From an uncultured Bacilli bacterium (GTDB lineage: Bacteria; Bacillota_I; Bacilli_A; RF39; UBA660): a stretch of 64,000 nt of DNA. Positions 40,169 through 49,054 of the stretch are shown here, piece by piece. Location of the stretch: positions 14,753 to 78,752 of the forward strand of contig CAOOMX010000001.1 of NCBI GenBank assembly GCA_948497845.1, read 5' to 3'. How positions within the stretch are numbered: the stretch's first letter is position 1; the number at the start of each line of letters is the position of its first letter. The notes beneath the pieces are model-generated. The model searched no databases, was not told the DNA's origin, and saw only the letters and a program-made list of their open reading frames with translations. The position numbers and the translations under genes were made by a program.

Positions 40169-41941
40169 ATGGCAAGATATGCTGGATTAGAAATTGTTTT
40201 AAGAACAGAATGGGGGTACATTGATGCTCACGGAAATTTAACGAGTAATATTGAAGAGGCGTTAGTATTAAACGGTGCTTTATATGGAAGTAGATTGGAT
40301 TTTAAAGATGTGTATAAGGAATTGGGCTTTGCAAATGAAGAAGTTTTGTTAAGTGATGTATATGCTTTTGCAGTAAAACCTGATTATGAAGGAAGATTAT
40401 ATAGGATTGCTGATATCTATATGGGTATGGGATGCGATTATGCAACTGCAACACTTAGAGCGAATTATAATCGTAATGTTATCTATGATATGGATGCGTA
40501 TGATAAATTTATTGCAGAGTTGACGGAAGAAGCTTATAAATATAATGAGGAAAAGGGGAGCGTTTCTTTAAACGATCATATGGCCTTAGTAGAACGTGAA
40601 GAGGAAGAAGGAAGATATGATCCTGAAACACATAGAAGACGTTATTTTTCTTATGATCGTAGTAAAGATTCTTATAAAGAAGCTTATGAAATTACTATGC
40701 GTGTTAAAAATCCTCATGTTGAAAAATATTTTACATTAACAGAAGAAGAAACTGAATACTATAATCAGTGGCCAACTGCAGGGTTGTGTAATTATATTAA
40801 AGAAGTGCTAATGGCTTCAAAAGCTCGATTAGGTTTAACTGATGATTTTCAAATTCTAGATTGCAGTATAGAAAATGGTGAATTACGATTAATTACCAAT
40901 GAATTTTTATACGAAGATTTCTTTGAACTACATTTTATGAAAAAACTTTATGAATTAAGAGAAATGCATATTACTAGAATGTTTGGAAGTTATGTTTTGT
41001 TACAACGTATAAATGGAGAGCTAAAAGCTGTTTTATCAACAGAAGTTCCTATTAGTTATTGTCCTTTAATGTATAAATTATTAAAAGAAGTTGGAGGAGA
41101 AAATGCAGATCTTTTATTAGCAGCGTTGAAAAATGGTGATGCAGAAGCTCAAAAAGAAGCCATGTTAAATTTAATTAATGAAGTGGTTATAAAAGGTGGA
41201 TATTTTGATACTTCAAGACCTCTTAATTCTTGTGAGGCAAATGTATTGTTTGGGGCTAGTGAAACCTTATCATCAGCTTTCCAAAATGGGTTAATCGATG
41301 CTGCCGTTATTGTTTCAAATAATTTAGGAACTATTATTACAACAAATGCTTTTAATACACAAGGTGCAGTAAAAAGAATGACAGGACTTTTTTATACAAC
41401 TCCATCTAGTGAAATACTAAGAACTGCTTTAGCTGAAAAAATTTATCCTGTATTTCCTAAGACTGCTGAAATAGATCAATTGGCTGGTGTAAAAAAAGCT
41501 ATTGATTTAGGATATAAAAATATTGCTGTTACTGTAGCAAGTCAAGATAATCAATTGTTAGAAGAAATAGCAAAATTAGAAAAAGATGGTGTAAGAATTT
41601 ATAAATTTGGTCTTTGTTCAACAGGAGTGTCTTTAGAAACTGCTAATATTATGAGAGATCATGCTGATGTCATTTGGACTTGCGCTTCAAAATATGTAAA
41701 AGAAGTAGTGGAACCATTAGCCATTGCTCAAGTAGGAGTAAAAATACCTGTACATATTATGACTGAACAAGGTTGGCAACTTGTAAATAATCATTTACAA
41801 GTTATGAATGGAACACCTTTTGATGCTACATTAAAAGCAGGAGAAGAAGAACCAGTTGTTTTAAATCAAGATGGTGGCTTAAAATTGGTACGTAAAAGAG
41901 ATATTCATAATTGTGCTGATTGTCCTCATCCATGTGTGTAA
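40169..41941 (+). CDS. Conserved hypothetical 590-aa protein with C-terminal CxxCxHxC motif (possible DUF2099-like C-terminal half; unassigned)
   Basis: Long ORF with good Shine-Dalgarno (GGGAGG). Ends ...RDIHNCADCPHPCV. Divergently paired with the LysR regulator. Confidence 0.4.
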   Translation: MARYAGLEIVLRTEWGYIDAHGNLTSNIEEALVLNGALYGSRLDFKDVYKELGFANEEVLLSDVYAFAVKPDYEGRLYRIADIYMGMGCDYATATLRANYNRNVIYDMDAYDKFIAELTEEAYKYNEEKGSVSLNDHMALVEREEEEGRYDPETHRRRYFSYDRSKDSYKEAYEITMRVKNPHVEKYFTLTEEETEYYNQWPTAGLCNYIKEVLMASKARLGLTDDFQILDCSIENGELRLITNEFLYEDFFELHFMKKLYELREMHITRMFGSYVLLQRINGELKAVLSTEVPISYCPLMYKLLKEVGGENADLLLAALKNGDAEAQKEAMLNLINEVVIKGGYFDTSRPLNSCEANVLFGASETLSSAFQNGLIDAAVIVSNNLGTIITTNAFNTQGAVKRMTGLFYTTPSSEILRTALAEKIYPVFPKTAEIDQLAGVKKAIDLGYKNIAVTVASQDNQLLEEIAKLEKDGVRIYKFGLCSTGVSLETANIMRDHADVIWTCASKYVKEVVEPLAIAQVGVKIPVHIMTEQGWQLVNNHLQVMNGTPFDATLKAGEEEPVVLNQDGGLKLVRKRDIHNCADCPHPCV

Positions 41942-41966
41942 TTTGTCCTCATCCATGTGTGTAATT
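41921..41966 (+). repeat. Perfect 23-bp tandem direct duplication (TGTCCTCATCCATGTGTGTAATT x2) spanning the stop codon of the 590-aa gene
   Basis: Copy 1 at 41921-41943 contains the last codons plus TAA. Copy 2 at 41944-41966 is identical. Confidence 0.8.
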
Positions 41967-41970
41967 ATTG

Positions 41971-42006
41971 ACTTATCCTTATCTATTTGATAGGATAAGT
42001 TTTTTA
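41971..42006 (+). terminator. Intrinsic terminator (ACTTATCC...GGATAAGT followed by T5)
   Basis: 8-bp stem, 14-nt loop, followed by ttttt. Confidence 0.6.
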
Positions 42007-42022
42007 AAAAGGGGTGTTTTTT

Positions 42023-42802
42023 ATGGAAATCGTAGATTATAGTAAAGTAAAAAGATTTGATTCTTTTCATGTTGATCATTTAGAAAAGGCAAATATTCCT
42101 GATGCTATTTGGCCATACTGTAATAACCATGTTATTTGCATAAATGATGCTTATTATATATGGAAATATGATTCTTTAGCTGTTGAACTCATAGGAGCTT
42201 ATTTATCAGCTATTTTAGGATTAGAAAGCGCTTCATATTCGCTCGCTTTATATGGAGACAAACCTTTTGTTGTTTCTAAAGTTTTTTTTTTAGAAGGGTT
42301 TCATTATTTTATGGCCAGTGATTTTGATGGTGCTATGGAATTGTTTGGAAAGCCAGTAGAAAATATTAAAACATCTTTTTATTGTTTTGTTGAACGTCTT
42401 CATTTGTTGCCAAAACAAGTCTTGGATAAAATGCTTAAATTAATTGCTATAGATCTTAAAATGGGGCAAGTTGATCGAAATGAAGAAAATATTATTTTTA
42501 AAAGGAATAAGGTCACAGGAGAACTAGATCTTGCTCCCGCTTTTGATTTTACAAATGCTTATGTTCCTAGTTCTTATTATAAAAATCCTTTTTTGTTTCT
42601 GCGTTTGAACCATAAGTCTTTAGCAGATTTTATACATGAATTTCCACAAATAAGAGAGTATATTGATGCCCTACAAAGTGTTTCTATGGATGTTATGATG
42701 GATGGTATTTTAGAAAAAAGTGGAGTAGCTTTTGAAGAAGCAGAAATAGCGTTTTATCAATCTTTTGATAAAGAAAGAAGTAGAATGTTAAAAAAAATAT
42801 AA
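42023..42802 (+). CDS. Minimal HipA-like serine/threonine kinase-fold protein (HipA C-terminal domain only)
   Basis: Catalytic-loop-like IDLKMGQVDRNEENIIFKRN and activation-segment-like LDLAPAFDF resemble HipA (D-x-H/N-x-x-N...PAYD). About 260 aa, far shorter than canonical HipA. ATG 42023 is preferred over the track GTG 42014. Confidence 0.45.
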   Translation: MEIVDYSKVKRFDSFHVDHLEKANIPDAIWPYCNNHVICINDAYYIWKYDSLAVELIGAYLSAILGLESASYSLALYGDKPFVVSKVFFLEGFHYFMASDFDGAMELFGKPVENIKTSFYCFVERLHLLPKQVLDKMLKLIAIDLKMGQVDRNEENIIFKRNKVTGELDLAPAFDFTNAYVPSSYYKNPFLFLRLNHKSLADFIHEFPQIREYIDALQSVSMDVMMDGILEKSGVAFEEAEIAFYQSFDKERSRMLKKI

Positions 42803-42832
42803 AAATTTGTTATAATTTTATTGGGTGTAAAT

Positions 42833-43816
42833 ATGGAATTATTTAATAGGTTTAGAGAAACTGTTTTTTTAAAGGAAGAAAGTGATTTAGAAAAGCAATT
42901 AACACGCTTGAAAGGAATAAAAGATAAAGTTGATAAAAATGATAAAATTGATAAAGACATTAAGTTGATAGAAATAGGGATAAATGGAGAAAATAATATT
43001 GTTTATGAACTTAAAACTTCTAATATTGGTATGTATGTTTTAAGAGATGTTTGCCTATCATTTGAAGATTTAACTGCTCAAATTGATTTTGTAATCGTTA
43101 CAAAAGCTTATGTATACTTAGTTGAGTGTAAGAATTTGATTGGTAATATTACTGTTAATAATCAGGGCGAATTTAAAAGAGATTATTATTTGGGAAAGAG
43201 AAATATTGTAGAAAGTATGTATTCTCCCTATAGACAAGCTATAAGACATAAAGACATTTTAAAGAAAATATGGCTTAGTTCTCATAGTAAGCTTTCTTCT
43301 TTCCTTTTTGAAAAGAATTTTGATAAGACTTATAAACCATTAGTTGTTTTGTCTAATTCAAAAGCTTTGTTGAATGTAAGATATGCAACAAAAGAAATAA
43401 AAGACCATATTGTTAGAGTGGATAATTTAATAGATTATATAAAAAAGGATATTGATTCATATAATAATGAAGTCTATATGAATAAAAAAATGATGGAAAG
43501 TGTGGCTATTTCTCTTTTAAAAAGACATCAAGATAAAACAAATAATTTTGTTGATAAGTATGAGGTTATCAACACTACTTTAGAAAAAGATGATAAAACT
43601 ATAGAAGAAAAACTTAAAGCTTTTAGAAAGGCCCGGGCATTAAATCTAAAAATTCCAGCTTATTATGTATATACTGATGAAGAAATGAACCGTTTAATAA
43701 ATTTGAAACCAAAGACAATAGAAGATTTAAAAAAAGCTAATATTCTTTCTGCTATAAAAATTAAATGTCATGGTGAAGAAATAGTTAAGCTTTTGAATGA
43801 AGAAAACGATGTATAA
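42833..43816 (+). CDS. NERD (nuclease-related domain) protein with C-terminal HRDC-like domain
   Basis: NERD core IDFVIVTKAYVYLVECKNLIGNITV. C-terminal KLKAFRKARALNLKIPAYYVYTDEEMNRLINLKPKTIEDLKKANILSAIKIKCHGEEIVKLL resembles RecQ-type HRDC. Confidence 0.5.
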   Translation: MELFNRFRETVFLKEESDLEKQLTRLKGIKDKVDKNDKIDKDIKLIEIGINGENNIVYELKTSNIGMYVLRDVCLSFEDLTAQIDFVIVTKAYVYLVECKNLIGNITVNNQGEFKRDYYLGKRNIVESMYSPYRQAIRHKDILKKIWLSSHSKLSSFLFEKNFDKTYKPLVVLSNSKALLNVRYATKEIKDHIVRVDNLIDYIKKDIDSYNNEVYMNKKMMESVAISLLKRHQDKTNNFVDKYEVINTTLEKDDKTIEEKLKAFRKARALNLKIPAYYVYTDEEMNRLINLKPKTIEDLKKANILSAIKIKCHGEEIVKLLNEENDV

Positions 43817-43931
43817 AAAGGTTTTCTTTTTCTTTTTGATAGAAACTGGCAGAATATGCTATAATCGGTCAAAATTTGCTCTTGTTATTCTTTATTTTCG
43901 TATTATACTTGCTATGCAAAGGAGAAATTAT

Positions 43932-44384
43932 ATGTATTTAGGTCCATTGCTGGTTTTTAAAAATCAAAAAGAGTTTAGAGAACAGTTGTTATATCATTTA
44001 TATTTTTTAGAAAATTTTTATTTTAAAGAAATCTTTGATACAGATGATATTTGTATTAAAAAGGTATTTGCTTCTTTAATTCGAACCGCTTATTCTGTTG
44101 ATATGTTAGTTTCTGTAGAGGAAAAATTGTACTTAGTTGTTATAACTTTGGCAACAAATTTTAAAGAGTTTAAGAAGAATATGCATTATTTTGAAAAAGT
44201 ATATGTAGATTATAAAGAGAGAAAAGATATACATAGTTATTATTTATTACAATTTACTGTTTATCATAATGTATCTTATTTTATGTTTCAGTTTAATTTA
44301 GAGGCGGAAGATGATAAGGATTGTATTATTAAAATGATAGAAATTAATTTGTCTAAGTATGAGAATCATGATTTAACTTGGTAA
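43932..44384 (+). CDS. Hypothetical protein (about 150 aa)
   Basis: ATG 43932 with AAAGGAGAAA Shine-Dalgarno. No recognisable motifs. Confidence 0.3.
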   Translation: MYLGPLLVFKNQKEFREQLLYHLYFLENFYFKEIFDTDDICIKKVFASLIRTAYSVDMLVSVEEKLYLVVITLATNFKEFKKNMHYFEKVYVDYKERKDIHSYYLLQFTVYHNVSYFMFQFNLEAEDDKDCIIKMIEINLSKYENHDLTW

Positions 44385-44423
44385 ATGAGAAAAAATATTG
44401 TATACTTTAGGAGGTGAAATGTC

Positions 44424-45504
44424 ATGGATAAAGAAAAATTATTTGGTGAAGTAAAAGATTTACAAAGTAAGTTACTAAATATTAAGGAGTGTCTTTGACT
44501 TAGATTGTAAAGAAAAAGAAATAGATTCATTAGAATTAGAACAAGCTAGGGAAGACTTTTGGCAAAATCAAGGACATGCTTTTGAAGTTAATAAAAAATG
44601 TGCAAATTTAAAAAAAGAAGTTGATACTTTTAAAAATGTATGGTCTAGGTTAGAAGAAATAAATGCTTTATTAGATGATAAAGATATGTATGAGATTATA
44701 GTTGAAGAAATAAACGAGTTAAAGTCACAGATTCTTTTTTTGGAAGAAGAAGCTCTTTTTGCAGGAGAGTATGATAACTTAAATTGTTATTTGGAAATAC
44801 ATCCTGGAGCAGGTGGAACTGAATCTTGTGATTGGGCTTTAATGTTATCTCGTATGTATCAAAGATTTTGTGAGAAATATGATTTTAAATATGAAGAAAT
44901 TGAATTGTCTAAAGGTGATGAAGCTGGTATTAAAAGTGTTACTCTAAAAATTAAAGGAATTAATGCATATGGCTTATTAAAACTAGAAAATGGGGTACAT
45001 AGGTTGGTTCGTATTTCTCCATTTGATGCTAATAAAAGGCGCCATACTTCTTTTGCAGCAGTTAGTGTTATTCCGGAATTTGATGATAAAATAGATATTG
45101 AAATTAAGGAAGAAGATTTAAAAATTGATGTATATCATTCAAGTGGAGCAGGTGGTCAATCTGTTAATACTAGCAATTCTGCTGTAAGAATTACGCATTT
45201 GCCTACTAAAACAGTGGTGGTATGCCAGAATGAACGAAGCCAGTTACAAAATAAAGAACAAGCGATGAAGATGTTAAAAAATAAGCTTTATTTGTTAGAA
45301 CTTGAAAGTCGTGAAGAAAAGATTAGTGAAATGAAGAATACAGATATAGCTATAAATTTTGGAAGCCAAATAAGAAGTTATGTAATGGAACCATATAAAA
45401 TGGTAAAAGATCATAGAAGTTCTTTTGAAACAAGTGATCCAGATAAGATTTTAGATGGAGAAATTAAAGAAATGTTATTGTTTAATTTAAAAAAGGTGGT
45501 TTAA
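44424..45504 (+). CDS. prfB: Peptide chain release factor 2, with programmed +1 ribosomal frameshift at CTT TGA C (44493-44499)
   Basis: Frame-0 ORF MDKEKLFGEVKDLQSKLLNIKECL ends at an in-frame TGA, preceded by an internal Shine-Dalgarno AGGAGT. The +1 frame continues DLDCKEKEID... into the track ORF 44686..45504. GGQ motif SSGAGGQSVNT and SPF motif are present. Confidence 0.85.
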
Positions 45505-46820
45505 TGGGAGAATTATATCAGTTTATTGAAGATAATATTGCTATAAAAAGTACGCTGGTGTTAGCTTGTAGTGGTGGCCCAGATTCAATGTTTCTTTTTC
45601 ATGTTTTAATGAAATGCGCTAAAAAAAGAGATTTACAGTTAATTGTTGCTCATGTAAATCATAAAATAAGAGAAGAAAGTGATGAAGAAGAAGTCTTTTT
45701 AAAAGAATATGTGGAAAAATTAGGTGTTGAATTTATGTCAACATCCTTGACTAAATCAGCAAAGATGAATGAAGAAATGGCTCGAAAGAAAAGATATGCT
45801 TTTTTAATGGATTGTGTTAAAAAAAAGAATGCCAAATATTTGCTTACGGCTCATCATGGAGATGATTTAATTGAAACCGTATTAATGCGTATAACAAGAG
45901 GAAGTAATTTAAGTGGTTATGCAGGTATTAAAAAAGTGCAACAAAAAGATAATGTTACTATTTTAAGACCTCTTTTGGACTATAGTAAGGAACAAATTCT
46001 TGATTATAATAAGAAAGAAAACATTCCTTTTGTTGTTGATAAATCAAATATGAGTAATCAATATACTAGAAATCGTTATAGAAATGTAGTATTGCCGTTT
46101 TTAAAGAAAGAAGATCAGAATATTCATAAGAAATATATGCAGTTTAGTGAAGAAGCTAATTCATATTGTACATTTGTCAAAACATATATTTTAGAACATC
46201 AATTTCTTGTGGATAATCAGATAGTTATCAACAGAATGGAAAATGAATCTACTTTTATTAAAAGAAAAACAGTAGAGTTATTAATTCATAATATTCAGCA
46301 AGTAGATTTATTAGATATTAATAATGACCAATTAAAAGAAATTATGAAACTTTTTGAGGGAAGAAATAGAAAAATCGATTTAAATAATGGATATGTATGT
46401 ATAAAAGATTATAATATTCTTACTATAAGAAAGGATCATGTAGTTTCAGATTATGAATTTGTGTTTAATGATTTTGTTAAACATGATGATTGGAGTATTT
46501 TTAAGTTAGATAGTACTAATGATTTTTCGAATAATTCTATTTGTTTATTAAGTGATGAAATAAAACTTCCTTTTATTGTTCGTAACCGTAGAATGGGGGA
46601 TGTTATAGAGGTTAAGAACTTAAATGGTACTAAGAAAATTAAAGATATTTTCATTGATGAAAAGATTCTTATGCAAAAAAGAAGTGAGCTTCCTATTGTA
46701 ACAGATAGTGAAAATCATATCCTTTGGATACCAGGTGTAAAAAAATCAAAATTTGCTAAAGACAAAACACAAAAGTATGATATAATATTGAAATATGAGG
46801 TGAGAAAGAAAGATGAATAA
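45504..46820 (+). CDS. tilS: tRNA(Ile)-lysidine synthetase
   Basis: PP-loop SGGPDS. 438 aa. Overlaps the prfB stop. Confidence 0.85.
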   Translation: MGELYQFIEDNIAIKSTLVLACSGGPDSMFLFHVLMKCAKKRDLQLIVAHVNHKIREESDEEEVFLKEYVEKLGVEFMSTSLTKSAKMNEEMARKKRYAFLMDCVKKKNAKYLLTAHHGDDLIETVLMRITRGSNLSGYAGIKKVQQKDNVTILRPLLDYSKEQILDYNKKENIPFVVDKSNMSNQYTRNRYRNVVLPFLKKEDQNIHKKYMQFSEEANSYCTFVKTYILEHQFLVDNQIVINRMENESTFIKRKTVELLIHNIQQVDLLDINNDQLKEIMKLFEGRNRKIDLNNGYVCIKDYNILTIRKDHVVSDYEFVFNDFVKHDDWSIFKLDSTNDFSNNSICLLSDEIKLPFIVRNRRMGDVIEVKNLNGTKKIKDIFIDEKILMQKRSELPIVTDSENHILWIPGVKKSKFAKDKTQKYDIILKYEVRKKDE

Positions 46821-48735
46821 TACAAAAGCAAGACAAAACGATAACTTTAAAAATTTATTACCTTATGTAGTATTGTTAATTGTTATTGGAGCTGTTCTTT
46901 TTGCTCTTAATATGCAAGGAGTGAAGGTAAATAAATTATCTACTGGTGAACTTATTACTAAATTGAAAGAAAATGATGTTACAGAAATTACTATTACTCC
47001 AAAAAGTGATGAAAGTGTATACTATATTGAAGGTAAACTAGAGGGATATAAAGATGAAGAAAAGTTTACTACTAAAGCTGTTGGCTCTGAATTAGATAAT
47101 ATTTTGACGCTTGTTAATGCTAATGAAATTAAAAAATATAACACTGTATCAGATCCAGGTGGAAGTATTATTCTTTATGTTGTTATTAATGTTTTACCTT
47201 TGGTTCTAATAGTTGTAGCTATGTACTTCTTATTTACGAAACTAGCTAGCTCTAATAAGAATTCTATGGATTTTGGCCGTAGTAAAGCTCGTTTAAGTAA
47301 TCAAAATGATAAGAAGAGCTTTAAAGATGTAGCTGGTTTGAAAGAAGAAAAGCAAGAAGTAGAAGAATTAATTGACTTTTTGAAAAATCCTAAAAAGTTT
47401 GAAAAGCTTGGAGCTAGAATTCCTAAAGGGGTATTACTTGTAGGTCCTCCAGGTACTGGAAAAACTTTACTTGCCAAAGCTATAGCTGGAGAAGCAAATG
47501 TTCCATTCTTCTTTATTAGTGGTAGTGACTTTGTTGAACTTTTTGTAGGTGTTGGTGCTAGTCGTGTTAGAGATATGTTTAAAGAAGCAAAAAGAAGTGC
47601 TCCTTGTTTGATTTTTATCGATGAAATTGATGCGGTAGGCCGACAAAGAGGAACTGGATTAGGTGGAGGTCATGATGAACGTGAACAAACCCTTAATCAA
47701 TTGCTTACAGAAATGGATGGTTTTGGAGAAAATGAAGGCATTATATTGATTGCTGCAACAAATAGACCAGACGTTTTAGATCCAGCTTTGCTTCGTCCAG
47801 GACGTTTTGATAGACAAGTTACAGTTAGTCTTCCTGATGCTAATGAAAGAGAAGCTATATTAAATGTTCATGCTAAGAATAAAATATTAGGTAAAGATGT
47901 TAATATTAAGAATTTAAGTTTAAGAACACCAGGTTTTTCTGGAGCTGATTTAGAAAACTTATTAAATGAAGCAGCTTTGCTTGCTGTAAGAAGAAATAAA
48001 AATAGTATTACAATGGATGAAATTGACGAAGCTACAGATAGAGTTTTACTTGGACCTGCTAAGGTTACTCGTAAAATTACGGATAAAGAAAAGAAGCTTG
48101 TTAGTATTCATGAAGCAGGTCATGCTGTTATTGGTTTAAAATTAGAAGATGCTCAAGAAGTTCATAAAATAACTATTATTCCTCGTGGTATGGCTGGCGG
48201 TTATACGATGATGCTTCCAAAGGAAGAAAAAATTGCTGTTTTAACTAAAAATGAATTATTAGCTCAAATTACTGGTTTATTAGGAGGCCGTGTTAGTGAA
48301 GAAATGTTCTTGAAAGAAGTTTCTACAGGAGCTAGTGATGATTTAAAACGTGCGACTCGTATTGCAAGAAGTATGGTTACAGAATATGGTATGAGTGAAC
48401 TTGGTCCAGTTCAATATGAAGAAAAAAGTGAAGGCGTATTTTTAGGCAGAGATTATAATAATAGTTCTAAAAACTTCTCTGATCAAGTTGCTTTAGAAAT
48501 TGATCAACAAACACGTAAAATTATTGAAGATTGTTATACAAAAGCTAAGAAGATAATTAAAGATAATGAAAAACTTATTATGCAGTTATCAGATGCTTTG
48601 ATGGAATATGAAACAATTACGAAAGAACAAATTGAATCGATTGTTAATACAGGAAAGATAAAAGCAGATGCTCTAGTAGCTGAAGAAACTTCAGAATCTA
48701 CTAAAAAAACAAAACCTAAAAAGGATGTGGAATAA
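46813..48735 (+). CDS. ftsH: ATP-dependent zinc metalloprotease FtsH
   Basis: Two N-terminal TM segments. AAA Walker [17 protein letters not shown]. Zn motif HEAGHA. Confidence 0.95.
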   Translation: MNNTKARQNDNFKNLLPYVVLLIVIGAVLFALNMQGVKVNKLSTGELITKLKENDVTEITITPKSDESVYYIEGKLEGYKDEEKFTTKAVGSELDNILTLVNANEIKKYNTVSDPGGSIILYVVINVLPLVLIVVAMYFLFTKLASSNKNSMDFGRSKARLSNQNDKKSFKDVAGLKEEKQEVEELIDFLKNPKKFEKLGARIPKGVLLVGPPGTGKTLLAKAIAGEANVPFFFISGSDFVELFVGVGASRVRDMFKEAKRSAPCLIFIDEIDAVGRQRGTGLGGGHDEREQTLNQLLTEMDGFGENEGIILIAATNRPDVLDPALLRPGRFDRQVTVSLPDANEREAILNVHAKNKILGKDVNIKNLSLRTPGFSGADLENLLNEAALLAVRRNKNSITMDEIDEATDRVLLGPAKVTRKITDKEKKLVSIHEAGHAVIGLKLEDAQEVHKITIIPRGMAGGYTMMLPKEEKIAVLTKNELLAQITGLLGGRVSEEMFLKEVSTGASDDLKRATRIARSMVTEYGMSELGPVQYEEKSEGVFLGRDYNNSSKNFSDQVALEIDQQTRKIIEDCYTKAKKIIKDNEKLIMQLSDALMEYETITKEQIESIVNTGKIKADALVAEETSESTKKTKPKKDVE

Positions 48736-48953
48736 TGTTAGAAACTATTTTATTGATTATTTCTGTTATTATTATTGCTTTAGTGTTACTTCAAAGTAAT
48801 AAAGCAAGTGATGCAGGACAAATTATAACGGGAGGTAATGAAGCTTTATTTTCAAATATGAAAGAAAGAGGCTTAGAACTTGTAATTACAAGATTGACTT
48901 TTGCTATGGGTATTATCTTCTTTGTAATTTCTTTAGTGTTATTCTTACAATAA
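48735..48953 (+). CDS. secG: Preprotein translocase subunit SecG
   Basis: 72-aa two-TM protein with a Gly-rich loop, tightly following ftsH. Confidence 0.7.
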   Translation: MLETILLIISVIIIALVLLQSNKASDAGQIITGGNEALFSNMKERGLELVITRLTFAMGIIFFVISLVLFLQ

Positions 48954-48960
48954 AGTTTAG

Positions 48961-48989
48961 AACTTCGTCTTAGTGATGAAGTTTTTTTT
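48961..48989 (+). terminator. Intrinsic terminator after secG
   Basis: AACTTC...GAAGTT hairpin followed by ttttttt. Confidence 0.55.
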
Positions 48990-49054
48990 ATGTGGTACTG
49001 TTTTTTGATTGCAAAAACATTCGATTTGCGATATCATATAAACCGAATTGAGGG

